Assembly (NCBI GenBank): GCA_019635735.1
Contig: JAHBYX010000004.1
Coordinates: 156,020 to 220,019, forward strand
Origin: Mesorhizobium sp.
GTDB lineage: Bacteria; Pseudomonadota; Alphaproteobacteria; Rhizobiales; Rhizobiaceae
Direction: 5' to 3'
DNA: 64,000 nucleotides
Part shown: in pieces, positions 9,183-17,809 of the stretch
Position numbering within the stretch: the first letter of the stretch is position 1
Layout: each line of letters starts with the position of its first letter
Position numbers and translations under genes: made by a program
Notes under the pieces: model-generated
Told to the model about the DNA's origin: nothing
Database searches by the model: none
What the model saw: the letters and a program-made list of their open reading frames with translations, nothing else

Positions 9183-9268
9183 GTGCCATCATCACGGCAA
9201 CGGGCGGCCAAATCCAGTCCCAATTGGCGCGCCCCGAGCGTCGGGACGCGCTTTTCTCAAGATGGGCG

Positions 9269-9439
9269 TCAGGCGCCCCTGAACAGGCAGCCGCCCGCGA
9301 GAACGACATAGGCGAGCGTCATCACCCAGAACGCAGCGACCGGTATGAAGGCGACGACGTTGAGGAACATCAGCAGGGCGATGATCGCAATGACCAGCGC
9401 GATGATGAAGACCACCATGGTTGGTGCAGACAGGTTCAT
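9269..9439 (-). CDS. small hydrophobic membrane protein (56 aa), hypothetical
   Basis: MNLSAPTMVVFIIALVIAIIALLMFLNVVAFIPVAAFWVMTLAYVVLAGGCLFRGA has two predicted helices. GAGGAGAGG lies upstream of ATG 9439. Confidence 0.45.
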   Translation of the reverse strand: MNLSAPTMVVFIIALVIAIIALLMFLNVVAFIPVAAFWVMTLAYVVLAGGCLFRGA

Positions 9440-9646
9440 CTTCTTTACCTCTCCTCGTTTGCGTGTTCGCACGCGAGGGAGCATACGACTCACGCAACGG
9501 AAGATTACGACTTTGGTATTAGAAGCCAAGTAGAATTGGCCGACCCGAACAACCCTGCCGGCTAGGCGTTAAGCTGTTTTATCGGGCGTTTCGGAAGCAC
9601 GGGATTCAGTCTAGTTTGCTTTTGTTCGAGAAATGGGGATCGGCAG

Positions 9647-10075
9647 ATGTTCGCAGGCTTCGTCGAAAAGATACGGCTGCTGTTCGAGGGAGATCCGGCG
9701 GTCAGGCGGGTCGCCGACGATCCGGTCCTCACTGCCGAACTGATGCTGCTGTTCCGGATGGTCCTGGCGGACGGGGAGGCCGGGGGTGCCGAGATGGCGA
9801 CGTTCAAGCGCATCTGCCGCGAGGCATTCGGCATCGGCGAGGAGAGCCTCGAGGACGTGCTCGCCTATCTGCAGGACTACGGCTATGAAAACACCACCGC
9901 GCGTTCGCTTGGCGAGTTCGGCCAGCTGCCGCTGTCGCGCCGCATAGCGCTCGCCCGCCACATGACCGAGATCGCCAAGGCGGACGAAAAACTGTCGGAT
10001 CAGGAGATCGATCTGCTCAAGCGGACCGTGTCGCTGCTGCACGTCGACCCGCGCGACCTGGTTCGGCCGGAATAG
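9647..10075 (+). CDS. TerB-family (tellurite resistance TerB-like) protein
   Basis: ELMLLFRMVLADGEAGGAEMATFKRI ... IAKADEKLSDQEIDLLKR shows the two-repeat TerB-like pattern. Confidence 0.7.
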   Translation: MFAGFVEKIRLLFEGDPAVRRVADDPVLTAELMLLFRMVLADGEAGGAEMATFKRICREAFGIGEESLEDVLAYLQDYGYENTTARSLGEFGQLPLSRRIALARHMTEIAKADEKLSDQEIDLLKRTVSLLHVDPRDLVRPE

Positions 10076-10078
10076 AGC

Positions 10079-11704
10079 TTAGCCCTGTTCCTGAAGTCGC
10101 CGCGCAATAGCGCGGTGGAGGTCGGGCGCGGCGTCGACGAGCGCCCTGGCGGCATCCGATTTCGGATGGTCGAGAATGTCGCCGGTGCCGCCTTCCTCGA
10201 CCATCTTGCCGTCATGCATCACCATCACCTCGTCTGTGATGGCGCGCGCGACGGTCAGGTCGTGCGTGATGAACAGGTAGGCGACGCCGAGCCGCTGGTT
10301 GAGATCGGCGAAGAGGTCAAGCACCTGCGCGCGGATCGACACGTCGAGCGCCGAGACCGGCTCGTCGGCGACGATCAGTTTGGGCCGGGTTATGATGGCG
10401 CGCGCAATCGAGATGCGCTGTCTCTGGCCGCCGGAAAACTCGTGCGGATACTTCTCCATGTCCGACGGCTTCAGTCCGACCTCGTGCAGCGCCGCCGCGA
10501 CCATTTCGCGCCGGGCCGTCGGCGACGGCGCCTCGTCCAGCAGATGCAGCGGCTCCGAGACCAGGCGCTCGACCTTGTGGCGCGGGTTGAACGAGCCGTA
10601 AGGATCCTGGAACACGACCTGCATGTTGCGGCGGAAGGGCCGGAGCGCCGTTTCGTCCTTGCCGATGAGGCTTTCGCCCATGAAGCGGATGTCGCCCGAC
10701 GTCGGGTGATCGAGCGCCAGGATCATGCGGGCGAGCGTTGACTTGCCGCAGCCGGAGCGCCCGACCAGGGCGACGGACTGTCCGGGTTTGAGCGAGAACG
10801 ATACGTCGTTCACCGCGCGGAACGGCTCGCCTTTCTGGAACAGCGAGACTCGGCGGCCGGGATAATCGCGGCTGACGTTGCGGATCTCGAGCAGGTTTTC
10901 GGCCGTCGAACTGGCGGCTGTCGTGTGCGGCCGGTCCGGCACGTGCATGGAGGCCTCAGCGAGCTGCCGTGTATAGGGGTGGACCTGTTCGGTGAGCGTG
11001 CGCGCGGTCTCGCCGTCCTCCATCACCTCGCCATGGCGCATGATGGTAACCCGGTCCGCCATGTCGGCGACCACGGCGAGATCATGGCTGATCAGGAGCA
11101 GGCCCATCTTCTGCTCGTCGACCAGGTCCTTCAGCAGTTCGAGGATCTGCTTCTGCAGCACCACGTCGAGAGCTGTCGTCGGCTCGTCCGCGATCAGGAG
11201 CTTGGGCTTCAGCGCGCAGGCGATCGCGATGACGACGCGCTGGCGCTGGCCGCCCGAGAGTTCGTGCGGGTAGCGCGTCAACGGGAACTTCGCCTCCGGC
11301 AAGCCGACGCGGTCGAGGATCTGGCGGGCGCGCGCCTCGGCGTCTGCACGGTTAGCGCCGGTGTGCCAGCGGATTCCCTCGGCGACCTGCTCGCCGATTG
11401 TCTTGACCGGATTGAGTGCGGTCATGGGTTCCTGGAACACCATGCCGATATCGTCGCCACGCAGCCGGCACATCGCCTCTTCCGAAGAGGCAAGGATGTC
11501 GATGCCGTCGAAGGTGAGGCGGCCGGAGGCTTTTGCGGCGTGCGGCATGAGCCGCATGATCGCGAGCGCCGTCATCGACTTGCCCGATCCCGACTCGCCG
11601 ACGAGGCCCATGACCTGGCCTTTCTCGATGGCGAGGTCGATGCCCTTCAGGATCGGCGTGCCGCCGATGTCGAGCTTCAGCTTCTCGATCTCCAGCAGGC
11701 TCAC
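10079..11704 (-). CDS. ABC transporter ATP-binding protein, duplicated ATPase (peptide/nickel DppD-DppF fusion type)
   Basis: Two Walker A sites (GESGSGKS, GRSGCGKS) and two signature motifs (LSGGQRQR, FSGGQRQR). The GTG start at 11704 overlaps the permease stop (GTGA). The rest of the 840-aa track ORF is read-through. Confidence 0.9.
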   Translation of the reverse strand: MSLLEIEKLKLDIGGTPILKGIDLAIEKGQVMGLVGESGSGKSMTALAIMRLMPHAAKASGRLTFDGIDILASSEEAMCRLRGDDIGMVFQEPMTALNPVKTIGEQVAEGIRWHTGANRADAEARARQILDRVGLPEAKFPLTRYPHELSGGQRQRVVIAIACALKPKLLIADEPTTALDVVLQKQILELLKDLVDEQKMGLLLISHDLAVVADMADRVTIMRHGEVMEDGETARTLTEQVHPYTRQLAEASMHVPDRPHTTAASSTAENLLEIRNVSRDYPGRRVSLFQKGEPFRAVNDVSFSLKPGQSVALVGRSGCGKSTLARMILALDHPTSGDIRFMGESLIGKDETALRPFRRNMQVVFQDPYGSFNPRHKVERLVSEPLHLLDEAPSPTARREMVAAALHEVGLKPSDMEKYPHEFSGGQRQRISIARAIITRPKLIVADEPVSALDVSIRAQVLDLFADLNQRLGVAYLFITHDLTVARAITDEVMVMHDGKMVEEGGTGDILDHPKSDAARALVDAAPDLHRAIARRLQEQG

Positions 11705-12567
11705 CGTTCGCGCCTCAACTTCGGGTCGAGGACGTCGCGCAGGCCGTCGCCGAGCAGGTTGAGGCCAAGCACGGTGATGACAATGGCCATGCCGGGGAAA
11801 AGCGCCAGATAGGGCGCCACCATCATGCGTGTCTGGGCGTCGAACAGCATGCGGCCCCACGACACCATCGGCGGCTGGGCGCCGAGCCCTAGGTAGGACA
11901 GGCCGGCCTCCGCGAGGATGCCGAGCGCAAACTGGATCGTGCCCTGCACGAGCAGCATCGAGACGATGTTGGGCAGGATGTGCTCGATCGTGATCTGGGT
12001 CTTGCCCTTGCCCGATGCGCGGGCCGCGAGGATGAACTCGCGCGGCCACAGCGCCATGGCGCCGGCACGTGCGACGCGGGCAAAGACGGGGATATTGAAG
12101 ATGCCGATGGCGATGATGGCGTTGACCGCACCGGGGCCGAAGATGGCGGTGATCATCACGGCCGAGAGGAGGGCGGGGAAGGCGAAGACTAGATCGTTGA
12201 AGCGCATCAGCGCCTCGTCGATCCAGCCGCCGCGCGCCGCCGCCCAACAGCCGAGCGGAATGCCGATGGCCATGCCGATGCCGACCGCGACGAAGGCGAC
12301 GGCGATCGAGTTGCGCGAGCCGACCATGATCATCGACAGGATGTCGCGGCCGAAATGATCGGTGCCGAACAGGAACTCGCCCGAGGGCGGCTTCATCCGG
12401 TTGGCGACAATCAGATTGGTGATGTCGTAGGGCGTCCAGACGAACGAGATCAGCGCCATCGCCGCGATCAGCCCGGTGATGACGAGGCCAATGACGAAGG
12501 AGCGGTTCTTCAGGGCAAGCCGCAGCACGCTTTCCTCGACCGGCGTGGCAAGAGGCCCGGCGCTCAT
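11701..12567 (-). CDS. ABC transporter permease (DppC-like)
   Basis: Real start is MSAGPLATPVEES. The ATGA overlap with the upstream permease supports this. BPD_transp_1-type sequence. Confidence 0.9.
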   Translation of the reverse strand: MSAGPLATPVEESVLRLALKNRSFVIGLVITGLIAAMALISFVWTPYDITNLIVANRMKPPSGEFLFGTDHFGRDILSMIMVGSRNSIAVAFVAVGIGMAIGIPLGCWAAARGGWIDEALMRFNDLVFAFPALLSAVMITAIFGPGAVNAIIAIGIFNIPVFARVARAGAMALWPREFILAARASGKGKTQITIEHILPNIVSMLLVQGTIQFALGILAEAGLSYLGLGAQPPMVSWGRMLFDAQTRMMVAPYLALFPGMAIVITVLGLNLLGDGLRDVLDPKLRRER

Positions 12568-13511
12568 GTGCGCACCCGCAACCGGGGATCGACCACCGCA
12601 TAGGCGAGATCGACCAGCAGATTGACGACGACCACCGTCGCGACGAGCAGCATGACCACGCCCTCGACCACGATCAGGTCGCGCTGGGTGATCGCCTGGA
12701 AGATCAGGCGGCCGAGACCCGGCAGGTAGAACACGTTCTCGATGATGATGGTGCCGGCGAGGAGGAAGGCGAACTGGAGCCCCAGGATCGTCAGCACGGG
12801 GATCATCGCGTTGCGCAGCGCATGCCGCCACAGGACTGTGCGGCGCGGCATGCCCTTGGCGCGGGCGGTGCGGATATAGTCTTCGCCGAGCACCTCGAGC
12901 AGTGCCGAACGGGTGACGCGGGCCAAGATTGCCGCCTGCGGCAGGGCAAGTGCCACGGCCGGGAGGATAAGCGATTTGATGCCCGGCCAGATGCCCGCGC
13001 CCCAGCCGGGGAAACCGCCGGCGGGCACCAGCCGCAGCCAGACGGCGAAAACATAGATTAAGAGCAACGCGAACCAGAAATTCGGGATGGCGACGCCGAT
13101 TTGCGCAGTGCCCATGGCGAGCGTATCCGGCAGCCTGCCGCGACGGGACGCGGCATAGAGGCCGACGGGAATGGCGATCAGCGTCGAGAGCGCCAGTGAC
13201 ATCAGCGCCAGAGGCAGCGAGACCGCGGCCCGCTCGCCGATCAGTTCGATCACCGGGGAGGAATACGTGTAGGAGCGTCCGAAATCGCCCATCGCAAGCC
13301 CGCCGATCCAGTGAAGGTAGCGGATCACGACCGGGTCATTAAGCCCCATCTGCTGGCGAAGCGCTTCAAGCGCGTCCGGCGATGCGTTCATGCCCAGCAT
13401 GAGGAGGGCCGGATCGCCCGGCAGCACTTCCATCACGCCGAACACCACCATCGACGCGACGAGCAGCGTCGCGAGGCCGATGAGCAGGCGTTTGAGGAGA
13501 AAGGCGGTCAT
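12564..13511 (-). CDS. ABC transporter permease (DppB-like)
   Basis: MTAFLLKRLLIGLATLLVASMVVFGVMEVLPGDPALLMLG is a typical DppB/OppB N-terminus. Start at ATG 13511. Confidence 0.9.
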   Translation of the reverse strand: MTAFLLKRLLIGLATLLVASMVVFGVMEVLPGDPALLMLGMNASPDALEALRQQMGLNDPVVIRYLHWIGGLAMGDFGRSYTYSSPVIELIGERAAVSLPLALMSLALSTLIAIPVGLYAASRRGRLPDTLAMGTAQIGVAIPNFWFALLLIYVFAVWLRLVPAGGFPGWGAGIWPGIKSLILPAVALALPQAAILARVTRSALLEVLGEDYIRTARAKGMPRRTVLWRHALRNAMIPVLTILGLQFAFLLAGTIIIENVFYLPGLGRLIFQAITQRDLIVVEGVVMLLVATVVVVNLLVDLAYAVVDPRLRVRT

Positions 13512-13521
13512 GCGTGGTTGT

Positions 13522-13652
13522 CCCTCCCCCTTGCGGGGAGGGTGCCGAGCGAAGCGAGGCGGGTGGGGTAGGTCGAGGTCTTGCGTCTCGTCGACGACCC
13601 CACCCGGCCAGCCGCCTGCGGCGGCCGTCCACCCTCCCCGCAAGGGGGAGGG
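13522..13652. repeat. nested palindromic intergenic element (REP/RIME-like) between the binding-protein and permease genes
   Basis: ccctcccccttgcggggagggtg (13522-13544) and its inverse caccctccccgcaagggggaggg (13630-13652) are each hairpins. They flank a central gggtggggt...accccaccc hairpin. Confidence 0.8.
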
Positions 13653-13662
13653 AAGGCTCTCA

Positions 13663-15144
13663 TCAATCCACCCACTTGACCTTGGTCAGGTCGAACGCCG
13701 GGGTCGGCGTGTTCTCCCACATGCCTTCGATCTTGGCGTCCCAGACGCCGATCTTCGGCAGCTGGAAGAGGAAGCCGTTGACCGCGTCGTCGGCGAGGAT
13801 CTTCTGCGCCTGGCCGTAGAGTTCGTTGCGCTTGGCCTCGTCGGCGGTCACGTCGAGTTCGGCCATCACCTTGTCGAACGCCGGATTGTCATACTGGAAG
13901 TAGTAGTCCTTGCGGGCGTAGATGCCGATGTCGTTCGGCTCGACATGGCTGATGATCGTCAGGTCGTAATCCTTGTCGGTGAAGACCTGCTTCAGCCAGT
14001 CGGCCCATTCGACCGGGATCAGTTCGAGCTCGATGCCGATTTCCTTCAGCTGTGAGGCGATGATCTGGCCGCCGTCGCGGGCATAGGCCGGGGGCGGCAT
14101 CTTCAGCGTCGCCTTGAAGCCGCCTTCGAGTCCGGCCTCCTTCATCAGCTCCTTGGCCTTGGCGACGTCGTGCGGATAGGTGCCGGTTAGATCGACATAG
14201 GCGGCGTTGCCGGGCGAGAAATGCGAACCGATCGGGGTGCCGAGGCCGGAGGACGCGCCCTTGATGATCTCCTCGCGGTTGAGCGCATGCGCAATTGCCT
14301 GGCGAACCTTGAGATTGTCGAAGGGCGGCTTCTTGTTGTTGGTCGAGAGGATCGTCTCGCCTTCGGTCGAGCCGATCACGACCTTGAAGCGGGGATCGGA
14401 TTCGACCTGCGCCAGCGCGTCGCCGAGGCCGACATTGGCGAAGGCCTGCACGTCGCCCGAGAGAAGCGCCGGAACGGCGGCGGCTGCATCCGGAATGATG
14501 CGGAACTCTGCCTTGTCGAGATAGACCGGCTCGCCCCAGTAGTCGGCGTTCTTCTCGATCGTGATCGACGAGCCCTTGGCCCAGTTGACGAACTTGAACG
14601 GTCCGGTGCCGACCGGCTTGTCCTTGTTGGTCTCCGCGCTTTCGGGCGCCACGATTACCGCGTCGCCCCAGCCCATGTTGTAGAGGAAGGCGCCCTGCGG
14701 CTGCTTCAGCGTCACCTTGACGGTGGCGGGATCGACGACCTCGACGGTGTCGATCTGCGCGAACAGCGCCTTCTGGGCGTTGGTGGAGTTTTCGGCGCGG
14801 GCGCGGTCCAGCGAGAACTTGACGTCGTCGGCGTTGAACTCGCTGCCGTCGTGGAATTTCACGCCGGTGCGCAGCTTGAACGTATAGACCTTGCCGTCTT
14901 CGCTGATCGTCCAGCTCTCGGCGAGGTCGGGCAGGACTTCACCCTTTGAGCCGATCCGGGTCAGGCCCTGGAAAATGTTGGCGTAGCCGACTTCGTCGAT
15001 GGCGGCGGCGGCTCCCGCGGTCGGGTCAAGATGAGGCGGCTCCAGCGGCAGGCCGACAACGATATCGGTCCGCGCGGCGTAGGCTGCCGTCGACGACGCC
15101 AGCGCGATCGCTGCCGCAGCGAGAATGGAAGACCAGGTTTTCAT
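13663..15144 (-). CDS. ABC transporter substrate-binding protein, family 5 (peptide/nickel)
   Basis: Signal peptide MKTWSSILAAAAIALASSTAAYA followed by an SBP_bac_5-like sequence. Start at ATG 15144. Confidence 0.9.
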   Translation of the reverse strand: MKTWSSILAAAAIALASSTAAYAARTDIVVGLPLEPPHLDPTAGAAAAIDEVGYANIFQGLTRIGSKGEVLPDLAESWTISEDGKVYTFKLRTGVKFHDGSEFNADDVKFSLDRARAENSTNAQKALFAQIDTVEVVDPATVKVTLKQPQGAFLYNMGWGDAVIVAPESAETNKDKPVGTGPFKFVNWAKGSSITIEKNADYWGEPVYLDKAEFRIIPDAAAAVPALLSGDVQAFANVGLGDALAQVESDPRFKVVIGSTEGETILSTNNKKPPFDNLKVRQAIAHALNREEIIKGASSGLGTPIGSHFSPGNAAYVDLTGTYPHDVAKAKELMKEAGLEGGFKATLKMPPPAYARDGGQIIASQLKEIGIELELIPVEWADWLKQVFTDKDYDLTIISHVEPNDIGIYARKDYYFQYDNPAFDKVMAELDVTADEAKRNELYGQAQKILADDAVNGFLFQLPKIGVWDAKIEGMWENTPTPAFDLTKVKWVD

Positions 15145-15258
15145 GGAAACGGACTCCGGAATGGTGTGACACCGAATTGAAGCCCGAAACGCGCCGAGAG
15201 TAAATCGGCATTGTGCCAACCTACCGATCCGGAACGGAATTTTTCGTCGGTCCAGCAA

Positions 15259-15693
15259 TCAGCGGTGGACAACGATCCTCACATTGCGCAACCCTTCGCG
15301 CTGCGCCATCGAGAACAGCACCGCCGCGTTCGACGGATGCAGTCGAATGCAGCCCGCCGATGCCGGGCGCCCGAGGCGGCTCACCTGGTTGGTGCCATGG
15401 ACGGCATAGTTGCCGGTGTAGAAGATGGAGTAGGGCATGGGCGCATTGTTATAGCGGCTGGAACGGTGGTTCCGGGATAGCCATTTCGCCGACCAGCTTC
15501 CCGTCGGCGTGACCTTGCCCCTGCGGGCGGTCGACACCGGCCAGCGATATTTCACGACGCCGCCGTGCGTGACGGTCATCGTCTGCGAGGACAGATCGAC
15601 CGACGCGACCACCCTGGCCGCTGCTGCTGCCGACGGCTGGAAAGCGGCAACCGCCACCACCAGCGAAAGACCTGCAATGACCTTGCCCAGCAT
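15259..15693 (-). CDS. L,D-transpeptidase (YkuD domain only)
   Basis: Signal peptide plus YAVHGTNQVSRLGRPASAGCIRL, the catalytic His/Cys signature. Confidence 0.85.
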   Translation of the reverse strand: MLGKVIAGLSLVVAVAAFQPSAAAAARVVASVDLSSQTMTVTHGGVVKYRWPVSTARRGKVTPTGSWSAKWLSRNHRSSRYNNAPMPYSIFYTGNYAVHGTNQVSRLGRPASAGCIRLHPSNAAVLFSMAQREGLRNVRIVVHR

Positions 15694-15824
15694 CTTCCAA
15701 ACCCCTCTTACACCCAGGGGCAGACTAGTTGCGTGAATACACGCGCGCAACCGATCGTCGCGCGAAGACGCGAAGATGTGATTTCATGGTTTACAGGGAA
15801 GGACTTGGCGTCCGTTCGCCGAAC

Positions 15825-17105
15825 CTATTGGCGGGGTTCGCCACGCAGCAGCACATCAAGCCCGTGCGCCATGACCTTGGCGCTCTCGACCATGTCCGCG
15901 ATACCGACCCATTCGTCGGGCCGGTGCGCGAGATCGAGGATGCCCGGACCGTAGGCGACGCAGTCATGCAGCTTGCCGATGCGCGCGATATGCTTCTGGT
16001 CGTAGGTGCCGGGCGAGATGACATATTGCGGATCGCGTCCGAACACGCGGCGGATACCGCTGGCGATCGCCCGGGGCACCGGAGCGTCCTCGTCGGTCAT
16101 TCCCGGATGTACGATCATCATGTCGCGCATCCGATAGTCGAAACGCGGGCGCTCCCATTTCAACCGGTCGAGGATCGAAGTGACCTCAGCCTTCACCTCG
16201 TCGAGGCTCTCTTCCAGCAGGAAGCGGCGGTCGATGACGATCTTGCAGGAATCCGGCACGTTGGGCGAGGGCAGGCCCGGGAAATAGTCGTCCGTCTGCC
16301 CGCCATGGACCGAGTTGATGTTCAAGGTCGAGCGGCGCGCGCCTTCGGGCACGACCGGCATGCGCGTCTGCTTGCGGTCGAGAGCGGGGAACAGCTCGTC
16401 CTCGAACGCTCCCAAGACCGCGCCCATGTGGCGCACGGCGCTATCACCGAGGAACGGCATCGATCCATGCGCGATCTGGCCCTTGGTTTCGATCTCCGCC
16501 CACCACACGCCGCGGTGGCCGAGGCAGATGCGGTCCTTGTTCAGCGGCTCGGGGATGATGACGTGGTCGACGCGGGGCGGGGAGAAATATTCCTTCTCGG
16601 CGAGATAGGCGACGCCACCGAAGCCGCCGGACTCCTCGTCGGCTGTTCCGGAGATCTCGATCGCACCGGCGAAATCAGGGTTCATGTCGATATAGGTCTC
16701 GGCCGCGATGATCGAGGCGGCCAGTCCGCCCTTCATGTCGCAGGCGCCGCGGCCATAGACGCGGCCATCCTTGATCACGCCGGCGAAGGGATCGAGCGTC
16801 CAGCCGTCGCCGGCCTCGACCACGTCGATATGGGAATTGAAATGCACGGTCTTGCCGGGCGAGCGGCCTTCGAAACGTGCGACCACGTTCGTGCGCGGAT
16901 AGCGGTCGCTGTCGCCGGGGGTGCCGACGCCGCGGACGTACTCGACGGTGAACCCGCGCTTGCGCAGGCGCTCGCCGATGTATTCCGCACAGGGCGTATA
17001 GGCCTCGCCGGGCGGGTTGATCGTCGGGAAGCGAATCAGGTCGGCGGTGAGCTCGGCCAGTTCGTCGGCGCGGGAATCGATGCTCTCGAAGGTCTTTTCG
17101 TTCAT
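15825..17105 (-). CDS. M20 family metallopeptidase (ArgE/DapE/ACY1/CPG2-type deacylase)
   Basis: HFNSHIDVV, GRGACDMKGG and SGTADEESGG are metal-binding motifs. Start at MNEKTF (ATG 17105). Confidence 0.85.
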   Translation of the reverse strand: MNEKTFESIDSRADELAELTADLIRFPTINPPGEAYTPCAEYIGERLRKRGFTVEYVRGVGTPGDSDRYPRTNVVARFEGRSPGKTVHFNSHIDVVEAGDGWTLDPFAGVIKDGRVYGRGACDMKGGLAASIIAAETYIDMNPDFAGAIEISGTADEESGGFGGVAYLAEKEYFSPPRVDHVIIPEPLNKDRICLGHRGVWWAEIETKGQIAHGSMPFLGDSAVRHMGAVLGAFEDELFPALDRKQTRMPVVPEGARRSTLNINSVHGGQTDDYFPGLPSPNVPDSCKIVIDRRFLLEESLDEVKAEVTSILDRLKWERPRFDYRMRDMMIVHPGMTDEDAPVPRAIASGIRRVFGRDPQYVISPGTYDQKHIARIGKLHDCVAYGPGILDLAHRPDEWVGIADMVESAKVMAHGLDVLLRGEPRQ

Positions 17106-17279
17106 GGCGCGATTTGAGCCGGCCGGATGCGCGTGCGCAAGCGGGGCATTTCGTTTCAGGCGCGAAATGCGATTGGACCAGAACCCGCTGGCATTCACCT
17201 GAATGTGTGCGCCTGTTCATACACTCTTCAGCCGAGAGCGACTAGAAATCGACGCGTGGGCATTCGGATGGGGGATTCC

Positions 17280-17717
17280 ATGACGGTAAGAAGCACCATA
17301 CTCGGCGCTTTCCTTGCGGCGGCTGCAACGATCTGCCTGCCTGCCGCGACGCAGGCCGCGGCTCTGATCGCGAGCATAGACGTCGCGACCCAGACCATGA
17401 CGGTCAAGAAACATGGCAAGGTCATCTACACCTGGAAGGTGTCGACGGCGCGCAGCGGCTACATCACGCCGGCGGGCGAATGGCGGCCCTATCGGATGCA
17501 CCGCATGTGGCACTCGCGCAAATACGAGATGGCGCCCATGCCGTTCGCCGTCTTCTACCACGGCGGCTACGCGGTGCACGGGACCACGGCCGAAAGCCGG
17601 CTCGGCACGCCCGCCTCGCACGGCTGCGTCAGGCTGGCCACGGTGAACGCCGAGACGTTCTATTCCCTTGTCAAGGAACTTGGTCCCGGAAACACACGGA
17701 TCATTGTAACCAAATAG
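17280..17717 (+). CDS. L,D-transpeptidase (YkuD domain only), paralogue of 15259..15693
   Basis: Signal peptide plus YAVHGTTAESRLGTPASHGCVRL. Start at ATG 17280 (GGGGGA upstream) or ATG 17268. Confidence 0.85.
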   Translation: MTVRSTILGAFLAAAATICLPAATQAAALIASIDVATQTMTVKKHGKVIYTWKVSTARSGYITPAGEWRPYRMHRMWHSRKYEMAPMPFAVFYHGGYAVHGTTAESRLGTPASHGCVRLATVNAETFYSLVKELGPGNTRIIVTK

Positions 17718-17809
17718 CGCTTTCGCCTACCCGGCCGGCAATGCCGTTCCAGCGGCTTTGCCACGACCCGCGGCCGGATATATGACAGGGCCGTGGGAGC
17801 AACCGACTC

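Noticed and set aside
10079-12601. 840-aa ORF that looks like a permease-ATPase fusion
   Set aside because: The N-terminal 300 codons are an out-of-frame read-through of the permease genes. The ATPase begins at GTG 11704, overlapping the permease stop.
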